From positions 1,557 through 65,556 of the IMG/VR virus record IMGVR_UViG_3300017783_000013: 64,000 nt of DNA; one strand, given 5' to 3'. The notes under the pieces were generated by a model that worked only from the letters and a program-made list of their open reading frames with translations, searched no databases and was not told where the DNA came from. The stretch comes from a virus (Duplodnaviria > Caudoviricetes). Position numbers and translations under genes: made by a program. Below are positions 11,201-20,141 of this stretch, piece by piece. Numbering within the stretch: position 1 is the first letter of the stretch; every line of letters starts with the position of its first letter.

Positions 11201-11895
11201 CTGCAATAACAATTCGAGAAGAATACAGTCAGGTAAGATTAACATTCCATGACTTCTTAGATATTGGTACTGGAAATCAAAATTCAACACGTTATCCTAT
11301 AAGATATCTAGAAGGTTACACTGATGCTGATGCAAACACAGTTAAACAATTTAACGAAACACAATTTGCAGATGGCGGTAGAGTGTTCTACAGTTCAACT
11401 GACCAGGATGGTAACTTTAGAGTTGGTGAATTATTTGAAGTTGAACAAGCATCAGGAATTATTACAATTAATGCTGATCAGTTTGATCTATCAGGATTAT
11501 CTGAATTATCATTAGGTGGAGTAACATTAGGCGGAACAGGTGCAGTAATTAGAGAATTTAGTATCGATCCATTATTCACAGGAAATAGTGATTCGATTGT
11601 ACCAACACAAAAAGCAGTATCAGCATATGTTAAATCACGTATTACAGGTGGTGGTAGTTCTGTTAATGTTAACAAAGTAACTGCTGGTGTAATTACATCA
11701 GGTGATAGTGGTCAGGGTCTTGAAACTACTGACGGAGTACCAATACAAATGAAAGCAAAACTAACATTTGAAGGTGGTGTAGGCGGTGATATGGCGGCAA
11801 GAGCATTTTTTGCTTTTGGTACTGACATTGCTATATCAGACGATTTTGGTGGACAAGAAGAATCTGGAGGAGACTATAATGGTTATGGTGGATAA
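5296..11895 (+). CDS. giant modular tail fibre/spike protein A
   Basis: 2199 aa. N-terminal W..x.Y..GDxVxYGG..YxC...HT repeats (CBM5/12-like), three cupredoxin-like inserts, a beta-helix region, AYGxGx(W/F)VA propeller-like repeats and a C-terminal YSQVRLTxHDFLDIGTG...STDQDGNFRVG block. Confidence 0.8.
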   Translation: MAQFKLDRFTYKYRKDWEAGISYALDDIITVNGNVYYCTSAHISNADFYFDYLYTFTYPAPYSASDNINAAFDFSADAGGSNTTVDGTGIQFTVTRTGDKYSVSLTDGGRNYVTKEKFTIPGDQLGGVRVTNDAVVEISTVDNETQNNLVVPGVVQSLTVTGTAATTKWEVMSEGYKWTGAWAPSTSVTTTDPDTGNDVITITPNRYFINDLVEREGNIWRCVQGHTASTDADFGLSGNVLYWTLHVFGSHWESDWQGQTAYQPGDVVRYGGNVWRCITGHTSGTNVSGLTGDVQNWSQVASSDDWLNEWSSAVNYKPKDLVRYGGYLYRSNTQHTSTTNFENELDTEGWWDLVLPGIEYKGNWLAPTAHAVGGTANTTKWKLGDLIRISQEVYVCTQTHTVTGTDTETADPLFKDYTSNWLLYVAGMALEDEWSETINYQPGDIVMYGGYTYYCKTFNIAQNPTTSVNDWDILSEWYNFKQDYNAATPYKVGDVVRNNGYLYWAVVDSTGEKPDSGAVDTYKVTVKNPGSGNRYYWDDNLHPDQTFIRGNTYVFDQSHPSNDGHPIYPADAINGFLNTGAGGNEQFAGVQTVYVLDDRIVATLEDYNSGFNAATIRQTRVKIEADAPATLYFACYNHSNMSGTQVISISGSTYWDLLMPGVGFRGPWDDFAEDSSVNLYELGDVALWAGTAYQCIRSHTADTVGSRPDYDVAQLTSSYWKVYVQGIKTNVLARPGDIKTYSAGSNERKEIGDLGTVLKGLPQTNADSSLGQGPQWDLLGASPKTIYVSSFGVDAPDKGASLENPFKTIKYALDWILSDQINRAPATVFVATGEYEEILPLKIPSNVAIVGDELRSTRIKPAAGYEGIDMFHVRNGCGIRNCTLSGLVGTLGATNGFGTKRPTNGGPSFVSLDPGTGPSDSTVWVTNKSTYVQNVSTFGTECVGMKVDGQLHNGGNRSIVANDFTQVISGGIGMWITNGGLSELVSVFTYYCHIGYLAETGGKIRATNGNNSYGDFGSVAEGYDLTETPITANINNRKNGATVANVLTDLDNEVYLLGYTHAGQSYSSADIDAFSGTGSGLEVEFNEFRNKALSQIRLLDPGDSTTPGGQGFSITTGQAQDGDATSITLSATDTVEDSSGIYDGKRIFITQGKGKGQYGYIQNYDPSTKIAYVLKESDGTAGWDHWISGTPIETSLGDTAFYQIEPRVEFNKPPFASTAINVNTPLDYKKVRYGNGKYVAIAQSSFGSAVTPNFISSNDGTSWSQGTFDGSNLPQNNGSWSWQDLAYGGGKWAAVAKEGIVAVSSDGENWTLHEVTNDSSTVQTRHIAYGDNPTIEQTFKVTVSVPGDNPLYHFDGAVNTAPDIEVVQGNTYTFNQNDTSNTGCPIYFSLVPEGINGSGNAITDGIKYFLNNVQVADLAAYVAGFDAANTRRVTWTVPEALVGTPVYYVNYNSTGSGVQTDSSYAVVRVDGRSEWLVTADGSPEYFQSLDDGLTWTLGNLPSYQSYDGGVKAMAYGSGTFVAISGDWDSSKQRIYTKTPGNTEWVEHFTESGDMSNISSLTYGNNIFVATMSGSDSVWINPTGGLGKFNEFTSKLPSTGNWIVDYGQGVYVAFKPNSTDFAISENALVWDLKTLPITANWTTVGIGTPNNSNKFILMGSGSPLQGAGEVNAVSIQAGRRPFARMFVRNTRAGEFWIYDPGSGYESELSNVVNNSTVTFGRNTADTADVYTIDNVENATLTITEGRKYIYDLSDESVLKYGGAVVEGVVQDNPHPMLFYSDLAKTTVYEDNVRYILGSTSVSRATYLADFDDYLIRKIEIEVQYDAPSTLYYGSSTDASVVQSITVEETDNLSMTVSDPLATADPFVKLRIANGVLPQPSFRDRGTKFRSATATVTGNGFADIYQTGNKINITGLTREPGPGANLQVTGISGKIYLVTKVTNLTGDLGDLSATIQISPKMGVDESPDHNTAITIREEYSQVRLTFHDFLDIGTGNQNSTRYPIRYLEGYTDADANTVKQFNETQFADGGRVFYSSTDQDGNFRVGELFEVEQASGIITINADQFDLSGLSELSLGGVTLGGTGAVIREFSIDPLFTGNSDSIVPTQKAVSAYVKSRITGGGSSVNVNKVTAGVITSGDSGQGLETTDGVPIQMKAKLTFEGGVGGDMAARAFFAFGTDIAISDDFGGQEESGGDYNGYGG

Positions 11896-11900
11896 TATAA

Positions 11901-11906
11901 TAAATA
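11901..11906 (+). promoter_or_regulatory. late promoter core TAAATA
   Basis: Intergenic ATAAATA before the GGAG SD of 11928. Confidence 0.6.
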
Positions 11907-11927
11907 ACTACAATATCGGAGCAAAAC

Positions 11928-14900
11928 ATGGCTGAATTTCTATTAGGAAGAATTAAATTTGTATGGAAGAACAACTGGGCAACCAGTACTGCATACGTAA
12001 AAGATGATGTAATTAGATACGGTGGTAAAGTATATATTTGTACAGACGCTCACACATCTGATGCTGATTTTTATAATGACTTAGGTCAAACTAGATGGAA
12101 TATTTTTGCAGATGGTTCAGCATGGAAAGATGAATGGGCAGTAAGCACTTACTACAAAGTTGGTGACATTGTTAAGTACGGTGGTTTTTTATATATTGCA
12201 AACAACGGCCATACATCAGCCGATACTATTACAAAAGGTTTAGAATTTAACTTAGGTGACTGGGACACTTATGCAGAATTTTTTGCATACAAAAGTGACT
12301 GGACAGTAAGCACACGTTACAAAAAGAATGACATAGTAAAATATGGCGGAACAGTTTATGTATGTATTGATGATCATACATCATCTTCAACAGCAACAAG
12401 TGACGACGATGGTTTAGAATCTGACAACGACGGTAAAGCACTTACTATTGATACAGTTTCATCGGCGGACGCGGCAAGAGCACAAGGAACATACAATAAT
12501 ATTATTCCAACAGGCGGTACAGGTACAGGAGTAATAGTTACAGCAGTAGTTGACAATATTGGCGGCTTAGCGATTTCTATTACCAACAATGGTTCTGGTT
12601 ATACTGTTGGTGATGTATTAACAATTACAGATGCAAATTTAGGAGGCGGTGGAGCCGCAGACGTAACATTTAGAATTGCTTCGGTAGCAAATCGCTGGAA
12701 CATTTATTCAGAAGGTTTTGATTGGAAAAATAATTGGGACGTAAGTATAAGATATAAATTAAACGACCTTGTTAAGTATGGTGGACAAATTTATGTTTGT
12801 ATTACAGGACATAAATCAGCAGTTACACTTGCTGATGGACTAGAAGTAGATCAATCAAAATGGCAACACTTCCATAAAGGTATTGAATACAGAAGTACAT
12901 GGCAAACTGGTACACGATATAGAATAAATGATATCGCCAAGTATGGAGCAAACATTTGGATTTGTACAGGTGCTCACACTGCAACTAATAGTTTTGCAAC
13001 AGACGAATCTAATTGGTCAATGTTTGTACCTGGATTAGAATATGAAGATTCATGGTCAAACGGAGAAGTATATCAACCAGGTGATATTATAACATATGGT
13101 GGCTATTCTTATATAGCAAGAACTAATCACAGTGGTCGTCCACCTTATAATAATGCATCAGATTGGAAACTATACTTAAAAGGTTATAACTTTAGAGGAG
13201 ACTACGGTGATGACTCAACTTTACAAGATTATCTAGTAGGTGATGTTGTAAGACTAGGTGGATATACATACATGTGTATTCAAGATCATCAAGGTGTTGC
13301 AAAAAATCCTGCAAGTGAAACTTTATTTTGGACTAAACTAAATGAAGGATTTGCTTGGAAAGGTGACTGGGCAAACATTACTGATTATGTTTTAGGTGAT
13401 GTTGTTTATCACGGAGTTAACTCATATGTTGTTGTTCAAGCACACCAATCAAATCAAGCAATTGGTCAAAAAAGACCAGACTTAGATGTTTCAGGTACTT
13501 ATTACAAACTACTAGCAGGTGGTGCAGAAGGCTCTAACTTAACAACAGACGGTGACATATTAATTTACAATGGAGCAGGTCCTGCACGTTTACCAATTGG
13601 AGCAGAAGGACAAGTATTAACAGTTGACTCAACATTATTACCAGCATGGAAATATTGGGGAAGAACAGATCACGTATACTATGTAGGTACGACAGGTGTT
13701 GATGGAACATATCCAAGTTATGGTTCTACACTTGATAGACCTTTTAAAACTATACGTTTTGCATGTGAAGCAATTGAAAAAGGTGTGTTAAGACCAAATG
13801 CAACAAATTTATTAAAAGAAAATAGACAATTTATACAACGTGAAGCAGTTGAATGGGTTGATTATCAAGTTACTAACACTATTAGTCCTTTTACCGGATC
13901 ATTTACTTATAACAAAGACAAATGTTATAGAGATGTAGGTATTATGATTGACTCTATTATCTGGGATTTATCACATGGTGGAAATACAAAATCAAGAGAG
14001 GCGGCTTATGCTTACTTCACTAAAGCAGGATTAAGTTATGTAGCAGGACAAGAAACAGAAACAGTTGCGGCACTTAACTATGCTAAAACTGTAATTGATG
14101 CAGTGATCACTAATTTAGATCCAGCATCAAATTATCAAACATTAAACAGTTATACTCCTGTTGTTGTGCAACGTAAAGATTCAACAGTTGAAGAATCAGA
14201 AGCACAAGGAATTATTGATAGTTTAGTTGCTATTATTACTGATGCTATTACAGCAGGTGTAGAAACAGGTATTCCAGCATTAGAACAAGTACAAAAAACT
14301 GTATTTGTTAAAACAGGCGAATATAAAGAAGTACTTCCAATTAGAGTTCCTGCAAACACAGCAGTTGTTGGTGATGAACTTCGTTCAACAAGAATTAAAC
14401 CAAGTACAGCGGCAGATTACACACAAAGATCTGATATACCTTATAGTATTGCAGGTATTACAAGAGTTAAAGATTTAGTGAGTAACATTGTACAAGGTAC
14501 TTCTGTTACTAAAACACCTGCCAATACACAAACTCAAGTACAAGCATTACCATATGGAACTGCAACTGAAGGTACATTGGCTACAGCAAAATTACAACAT
14601 GTAGTTGATTACATTAATTATTTTGCAGGAAATGACAGTCAAGATTCAACTGCTCCTACAATGACTACTGGACAGTCGACAAAATCAATATTGTCTATTA
14701 CTGGAGCAAATCCTGCAGTGATTGAAACAAGTACTGCTCATGGATTGTATGACAGAGCATTAATAAACATTAAAAATGTTGCTGGCATGATTGAATTAAA
14801 TGATCGTATGTATTATGTTGACGTGCTTACTACTACAACGTTTGCGTTATATGAAGATTTTAGAATGACTAGAGCAGTTGATAGTACAGGATACGAAAGT

Positions 14901-17900
14901 TATACAAGTGGCGGAACAGTATATTATAACGGTAATGTTAGAAGTGCAGATCAAAATGTTCACCATGCGGCAAGATCACTTTATCTAAACAAAGAATTTT
15001 TAGCAGAAGAAGCAACTGCTTACATTACAGCAACATATCCAGCATACACTTACAGCGTTGCAAGTTGTAAAGATGATATTAGAGATTATATTGATGCTGT
15101 AATTTATGACTTAGTATATGGCGGAACTTATGCTACAACATTTGCGGCAAGGTTCTATTCAAATGCAGTTGACGGCTCATTAACTGAAGATATGTTCTAC
15201 TTAAGAAATGGAACAGGATTACGTAACTGTTCATTGAATGGTTTAACAGGTGTACTTGGAGCAGATAACGCATATGGAACTAAACGTCCAACAGCAGGTG
15301 CATTTACATCGCTTGATCCAGGTTGGGGTCCAGCAGATGATAGAACATATATTATTAATAAATCTCCATATATACAAAACGTATCAACATTTGGTACTGC
15401 GGCAGTAGGTTGTAAAATTGATGGTGCATTACACGATAGCGGTAATGACTCTATTGTATCAAACGACTTTACACAGATTATTTCCGACGGTATTGGAGTA
15501 TGGTGTACTAACTTAGGTAGAACAGAACTTGTTTCTGTGTTCTCATACTACGGACACATTGGTTACCTTGCAGAAAACGGTGGTAAGATTCGTGCTACAA
15601 ATGGTAACAGTTCATATGGTACATTTGGTTGTGTAGCAGAAGGAGTTGACGTTACTGAAACTGTTATTGACGGAACAGTAAACAATAGATATTCTGAAGC
15701 ACTAGTAGGAGAAGTATTAACTGACCAAGATAAAGTATTATCATTATTTTATGATAATGCAGGTATTAATTACGAAAATGTAACTTACACTGTTACTGGT
15801 GATGGTGCCGGTGCATCTGTACTTGGCGACGAATTTAGAGATCAAGCATTATTTGATGTAAGAATGTTAAACACTGATCAAGATGCAGACGGCGAAGGCG
15901 ATTTTGGTGGTGCAGATTACGGATTTGCAGAAAATACTGCACAGTTTGGTGATACAACTAGTATTAGAATTTCAAACACAGATACAGGAAACACCGGCGA
16001 TTATGACGGAATGAGAATTATTCTTACAAGTGGTTTAGGTGTTGGACAATATGGGTATATAGGTTTGTACAATGCAGGTAATAAAGATGCAACAGTTTTC
16101 AGAGAAAGTGACGGACAACCTGGTTGGGATCACTTTGTTCCTGGAACAACGATTGCTTCAATATTAGATGGTACAACAAAATACAAAATTGAACCAAGAG
16201 TTACAATTAGTGAACCACCATTTTCAAGCACACAACAAAGTTACGGTGTAAGTTTACAAAGTACAAGAAATTCAATAGCATATGGTAATGATAGATTTAT
16301 TACAGTAGGTTTTAACACAAATCAAACAATATTCTCACAGGACGGAACTACATGGGCCTCAGGTGGTACATTACCTGCAACAAGAAGATGGTCAGCATTA
16401 GCATACGGCGCAGGTGATGACAGTACTATGACATGGGTATGTGCGGCACAAGATACAAACGAAGTTGCATATTCAACAGATGACGGTGCTACATGGACTA
16501 CAACTACTAATGGTACATGGGCGGCTTTTGATGCTACTGGTTGTGTATACGCTAAAGAAAAATATGTAATGATTTCAGGAGCAACACAAGGCTTTGAAGA
16601 TACCGAGACTAGTACTAAATTCCAATACAGTGCAGACGGAGTATCTTGGACACAAGTTACTGCTCCAGTTGCAAAAGCCTGGAAAAAGATTATATTTGGT
16701 CTAAATGAATTTGTTGTAATATGTGATGACGCTACATTCTTACAATCACTAGATGGTATTACTTGGAATCAAAAAGCATTCCCGGCATTCACAGATACTA
16801 ACACTAAAGTAAAAGATATTGCTTATGGTAATGGACGATACTTAATGATTGGCGATAAGGGAACACAAGGTTTTTATAGTTTAGATGGTACTAATTGGGT
16901 AGAGACAGTTATTGATACAACTGCTGACAGTTCAATTGGTGGCGGCGACGGATTACTAGAATATGGCGCAGGAGTATTCCTTTGGACTGCTAGTAGAAAT
17001 GGTCAACTTAAGGCCATTGACAATATTGGAGCCGCTGATGCAAGTAGAAGTGCTGGAACTTATCAAATAGGTACAAGTGAATATAATACTGCGGCAAGTG
17101 GTAACAGTGCAACATTTACAGTAGTTGTAGATGGCACAGGCGCCGCAACAGTGACAATAAAAACTGAAGGACAAAACTTTATTGATGATGAAACTATTAC
17201 AATTCCTGATGCAAACTTAGGTGGCGGTGGGGCGGCGGATTTAACTTTCGACGCCGACGGTGTTAGAGATACTTCACAATCATCAATTACAAAAGATGGC
17301 ATATACTGGAAGGGTAAAACAAACGGTAAAACAAACGGTAACTATTCTGCACTAGCATTTGGTAACCCAGGACGTAGACCAACATGGTTTGCATTACAAA
17401 ATGGTTCAGGAAATGGAGCATTAATTAGAGCAGGCGCACAAGCATTTGTTAGAGCAAGAGTTGCAACTGGCAAAATTGCTGGAATGAGAATTTTTGAGCC
17501 AGGTTCAGGTTACAGTTCACCTCCAAATATTACAATTACTGATCCATCAAATACTATTGAGGCTCCAGTACAATTAAGAATTGGAGACGGCGCATTAGCA
17601 CAACCAACATTTATTAGTAGAGGTAGTGCATACGAAACTGCAAGTGCTACACTAGCAGGTGATGGTAGTATTGATAAATTCCAAAATGGATCAAACATAT
17701 TTGTAGAAGGATTATCAGCATCACCAAAAGCGGGATCGAATGTTACATTTGATAACTTATCTGGAAACTATTACAAACTAGTTGTTGTTAGAGAACTACA
17801 AGGACCAAACGCACAAGGAAAATACAGTGCTAAATTACAAGTATCTCCAAACATACCAGTAGATACAGCACCACCGCATGCGGATCCATTAGAAATGCGT

Positions 17901-18476
17901 ATTAGATATTCACAGGTACGTTTAACTGGACATGACTTCCTAGATATTGGAACAGGAAACTTTGCAAACACTAACTATCCAGGAATACCACTTATAGCAC
18001 CGGTACCAGCAAGTGAAACAGTACAAGGTGGCGGCGGAAGAGTATTCTTTACAAGTACTGACCAAGATGGTAACTTTAGAGTTGGCGACTTGTTTAGTGT
18101 TGAACAAAGTACTGGTGTTGCAACACTTGATGCTGATGCATTTAACGTTGCAGGACTAAATGAACTTTCATTGGGTTCGGTTGAACTAGGTGGAACAGGT
18201 GCAGTTATTACTGAATTCAGTACAGACGGCACTTTTGCGGCAGATTCGGATAATATTGTACCAACACAGAAAGCAATTAGAACATTTATTAATGCCCAAA
18301 TTGGTGGTGGTAATTCTGAATTAAACGTAAATATCTTAACAGCAGGTGTTATTGAAATTAAAGAAGATCAAATTGATACAACCACTGGTGTTGAGATTAA
18401 AGTCAAAGCCAAAATGAACTTTACAGGCGGCATTGATGGTGATGCAGTAGCATTACAAAGATTTTTATTAAGTTAA
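11928..18476 (+). CDS. giant modular tail fibre/spike protein B (paralogue of 5296-11895)
   Basis: 2182 aa. Same domain order and shared blocks (VGDELRSTRIKP, GYLAExGGKIRATNGN, HDFLDIGTGN, STDQDGNFRVG) but different inserted modules. Confidence 0.8.
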   Translation: MAEFLLGRIKFVWKNNWATSTAYVKDDVIRYGGKVYICTDAHTSDADFYNDLGQTRWNIFADGSAWKDEWAVSTYYKVGDIVKYGGFLYIANNGHTSADTITKGLEFNLGDWDTYAEFFAYKSDWTVSTRYKKNDIVKYGGTVYVCIDDHTSSSTATSDDDGLESDNDGKALTIDTVSSADAARAQGTYNNIIPTGGTGTGVIVTAVVDNIGGLAISITNNGSGYTVGDVLTITDANLGGGGAADVTFRIASVANRWNIYSEGFDWKNNWDVSIRYKLNDLVKYGGQIYVCITGHKSAVTLADGLEVDQSKWQHFHKGIEYRSTWQTGTRYRINDIAKYGANIWICTGAHTATNSFATDESNWSMFVPGLEYEDSWSNGEVYQPGDIITYGGYSYIARTNHSGRPPYNNASDWKLYLKGYNFRGDYGDDSTLQDYLVGDVVRLGGYTYMCIQDHQGVAKNPASETLFWTKLNEGFAWKGDWANITDYVLGDVVYHGVNSYVVVQAHQSNQAIGQKRPDLDVSGTYYKLLAGGAEGSNLTTDGDILIYNGAGPARLPIGAEGQVLTVDSTLLPAWKYWGRTDHVYYVGTTGVDGTYPSYGSTLDRPFKTIRFACEAIEKGVLRPNATNLLKENRQFIQREAVEWVDYQVTNTISPFTGSFTYNKDKCYRDVGIMIDSIIWDLSHGGNTKSREAAYAYFTKAGLSYVAGQETETVAALNYAKTVIDAVITNLDPASNYQTLNSYTPVVVQRKDSTVEESEAQGIIDSLVAIITDAITAGVETGIPALEQVQKTVFVKTGEYKEVLPIRVPANTAVVGDELRSTRIKPSTAADYTQRSDIPYSIAGITRVKDLVSNIVQGTSVTKTPANTQTQVQALPYGTATEGTLATAKLQHVVDYINYFAGNDSQDSTAPTMTTGQSTKSILSITGANPAVIETSTAHGLYDRALINIKNVAGMIELNDRMYYVDVLTTTTFALYEDFRMTRAVDSTGYESYTSGGTVYYNGNVRSADQNVHHAARSLYLNKEFLAEEATAYITATYPAYTYSVASCKDDIRDYIDAVIYDLVYGGTYATTFAARFYSNAVDGSLTEDMFYLRNGTGLRNCSLNGLTGVLGADNAYGTKRPTAGAFTSLDPGWGPADDRTYIINKSPYIQNVSTFGTAAVGCKIDGALHDSGNDSIVSNDFTQIISDGIGVWCTNLGRTELVSVFSYYGHIGYLAENGGKIRATNGNSSYGTFGCVAEGVDVTETVIDGTVNNRYSEALVGEVLTDQDKVLSLFYDNAGINYENVTYTVTGDGAGASVLGDEFRDQALFDVRMLNTDQDADGEGDFGGADYGFAENTAQFGDTTSIRISNTDTGNTGDYDGMRIILTSGLGVGQYGYIGLYNAGNKDATVFRESDGQPGWDHFVPGTTIASILDGTTKYKIEPRVTISEPPFSSTQQSYGVSLQSTRNSIAYGNDRFITVGFNTNQTIFSQDGTTWASGGTLPATRRWSALAYGAGDDSTMTWVCAAQDTNEVAYSTDDGATWTTTTNGTWAAFDATGCVYAKEKYVMISGATQGFEDTETSTKFQYSADGVSWTQVTAPVAKAWKKIIFGLNEFVVICDDATFLQSLDGITWNQKAFPAFTDTNTKVKDIAYGNGRYLMIGDKGTQGFYSLDGTNWVETVIDTTADSSIGGGDGLLEYGAGVFLWTASRNGQLKAIDNIGAADASRSAGTYQIGTSEYNTAASGNSATFTVVVDGTGAATVTIKTEGQNFIDDETITIPDANLGGGGAADLTFDADGVRDTSQSSITKDGIYWKGKTNGKTNGNYSALAFGNPGRRPTWFALQNGSGNGALIRAGAQAFVRARVATGKIAGMRIFEPGSGYSSPPNITITDPSNTIEAPVQLRIGDGALAQPTFISRGSAYETASATLAGDGSIDKFQNGSNIFVEGLSASPKAGSNVTFDNLSGNYYKLVVVRELQGPNAQGKYSAKLQVSPNIPVDTAPPHADPLEMRIRYSQVRLTGHDFLDIGTGNFANTNYPGIPLIAPVPASETVQGGGGRVFFTSTDQDGNFRVGDLFSVEQSTGVATLDADAFNVAGLNELSLGSVELGGTGAVITEFSTDGTFAADSDNIVPTQKAIRTFINAQIGGGNSELNVNILTAGVIEIKEDQIDTTTGVEIKVKAKMNFTGGIDGDAVALQRFLLS

Positions 18477-18500
18477 CAAAAGGAAAAAGGAGAGTAAACA

Positions 18501-18827
18501 ATGGCTACAGGAAGATTAGGTGCAAGTGACATTACAAGCGTACTAGCAGGTACAAATGTTGTCGCATATACAGTTCCTGCCAGCACATATGCTGTTGTCA
18601 CAGTATCTTTTTGTAACAGATCCAACACTGCCGCGGCAATTAGACTTGCGGTTGCATCAGCCGATACACCGACTAATGCAGAATATGTTGAGTTTGATAC
18701 AGAGATTATGGCAAAAGGGGTTCTTGAAAGAACAGGCTTAGTGCTAGATGCAGGAAAAAGAATAGTTGCTTATTCATCATCAGATGCAACATCGGTGATT
18801 GTAATGGGTATTGAAACAGCGGCGTAA
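18501..18827 (+). CDS. small virion protein
   Basis: 108 aa, AGGAG SD, FCNR...LERTGLVLDAG; paralogue of 2-259 and 4588-4917. Confidence 0.7.
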   Translation: MATGRLGASDITSVLAGTNVVAYTVPASTYAVVTVSFCNRSNTAAAIRLAVASADTPTNAEYVEFDTEIMAKGVLERTGLVLDAGKRIVAYSSSDATSVIVMGIETAA

Positions 18828-18831
18828 TGGC

Positions 18832-18837
18832 TAAATA
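18832..18837 (+). promoter_or_regulatory. late promoter core TAAATA
   Basis: Intergenic CTAAATAC heading the 18860-23379 cluster. Confidence 0.6.
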
Positions 18838-18859
18838 CAATTAGAAAAAGGATATAACA

Positions 18860-19192
18860 ATGGGAAGATATATTACTACAACTGGAACAAGTGGCGCAGT
18901 AATTACTGAACAAAGTTCTGCTTATAATGCTAGAATTAACGATAGAATTCTATGCGATTCAAGCAGTGCAGGGTTTACAATTACATTACCAGCGAACGCT
19001 AGTCTAGTTAAGGGTGACACAATCCAAATCGTAGACGTAACAGGATCGTTTGGTACAAATAACGTTACACTAGCAAGGAATAGTTCAAAAATTCAAAACT
19101 TAACAGAAGATTTGGTTTTAAACATTAACAATGCTGTCGTAACTGTAATGTATTCAGGCGCATCATACGGTTGGGTACTATTAAGTAGTTAA
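18860..19192 (+). CDS. tail-fibre-associated adaptor-like protein
   Basis: 110 aa. The DSSSAGFTITLPA...GDTIQIVD..GSFGTNNVTLARN..KI...EDL...YGW pattern is typical of T4-like fibre attachment domains. Confidence 0.6.
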   Translation: MGRYITTTGTSGAVITEQSSAYNARINDRILCDSSSAGFTITLPANASLVKGDTIQIVDVTGSFGTNNVTLARNSSKIQNLTEDLVLNINNAVVTVMYSGASYGWVLLSS

Positions 19193-19228
19193 TAGTGTTA
19201 CAATTAATCTAGAATAGAGGAAACTTAA

Positions 19229-20128
19229 ATGGCGAACTTAAAAAGTTTATTAGATAAAGCAATGCAAGAGGATTTTGATCCAAACAATCCCTCTATGCCT
19301 AAGTACAAATATGATGATTGTACTGTTGCTTTTGCTACAACTTGTGGTGTTGATCACCGCAGAGATGAATGTAAACACGAATTTTGCTGGACTCCGGAAC
19401 CTGATATTGCTTTTTTAAGAATTGAAATGTGGGGCGGCGGAGGCGGCGGTGCCGGCGTATGCTGTTGTATGTGGGGATTTGGAGCAGGTGCAGGCGCTTA
19501 CTCTAGACTAGATTGTATTGATATCAGAACTTGTAAAACAGAATATAGAATTTGTATTGCTCCACCGGCTTGCTGTTCACCTAACAGAGATTGTGGATAT
19601 AGAGGATGTAAAACTTACATTAATAATGGTTATCTTAGAAAGGCAGACGGAATAACAGCCGCGCCTAACTTCTGTGCTGAAGGAGGACAACCAGGTGATG
19701 CAAAATGTTTCATGTTTGAATGTTTAGATGGCCAATGTGATCAAGGTACAAGTGGTTGTGGTACATTTATGGATCCAAGATATGAAAGTTGTTGTGCATG
19801 TTGGTTTGATGGCGATTTCGGCTTCCCAGGAAAATTAGGCGGTATTCAAACACAATGTAAAGATAACAACTCTTGTTGGTATAAACACTTAAACACAATT
19901 CCAGGTATGCTTGATGAATGTGGATACAGATATGACTTTATTAGATTTTGTGCATACAACCACCATGGTTCATGGGCAGGTTGTGCAACAGGTAGAGGAC
20001 TAATTGGAGCAGGTGATGATCACCATGCGGCACCAGGTAAAGGTGGTTCTTCAGCGTCAGCATTAGGAGGCAACTGTTATTGCGGTGGCCCTGGTGGACC
20101 TGGCTTTGTAAGGATTAATTTAAAGTAG
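19229..20128 (+). CDS. Cys- and Gly-rich putative fibre-tip adhesin 1
   Basis: 299 aa with 29 Cys by manual count; EMWGGGGGGAG and terminal GGPGFVRI. Confidence 0.6.
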   Translation: MANLKSLLDKAMQEDFDPNNPSMPKYKYDDCTVAFATTCGVDHRRDECKHEFCWTPEPDIAFLRIEMWGGGGGGAGVCCCMWGFGAGAGAYSRLDCIDIRTCKTEYRICIAPPACCSPNRDCGYRGCKTYINNGYLRKADGITAAPNFCAEGGQPGDAKCFMFECLDGQCDQGTSGCGTFMDPRYESCCACWFDGDFGFPGKLGGIQTQCKDNNSCWYKHLNTIPGMLDECGYRYDFIRFCAYNHHGSWAGCATGRGLIGAGDDHHAAPGKGGSSASALGGNCYCGGPGGPGFVRINLK

Positions 20129-20141
20129 GTAAAGGATTGAT

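Noticed and set aside
17313-17340. 12 bp tandem duplication GGTAAAACAAAC x2 (and 15 bp duplication at 50761-50790)
   Set aside because: Short in-frame slippage duplications in linker regions, with no evidence of function.
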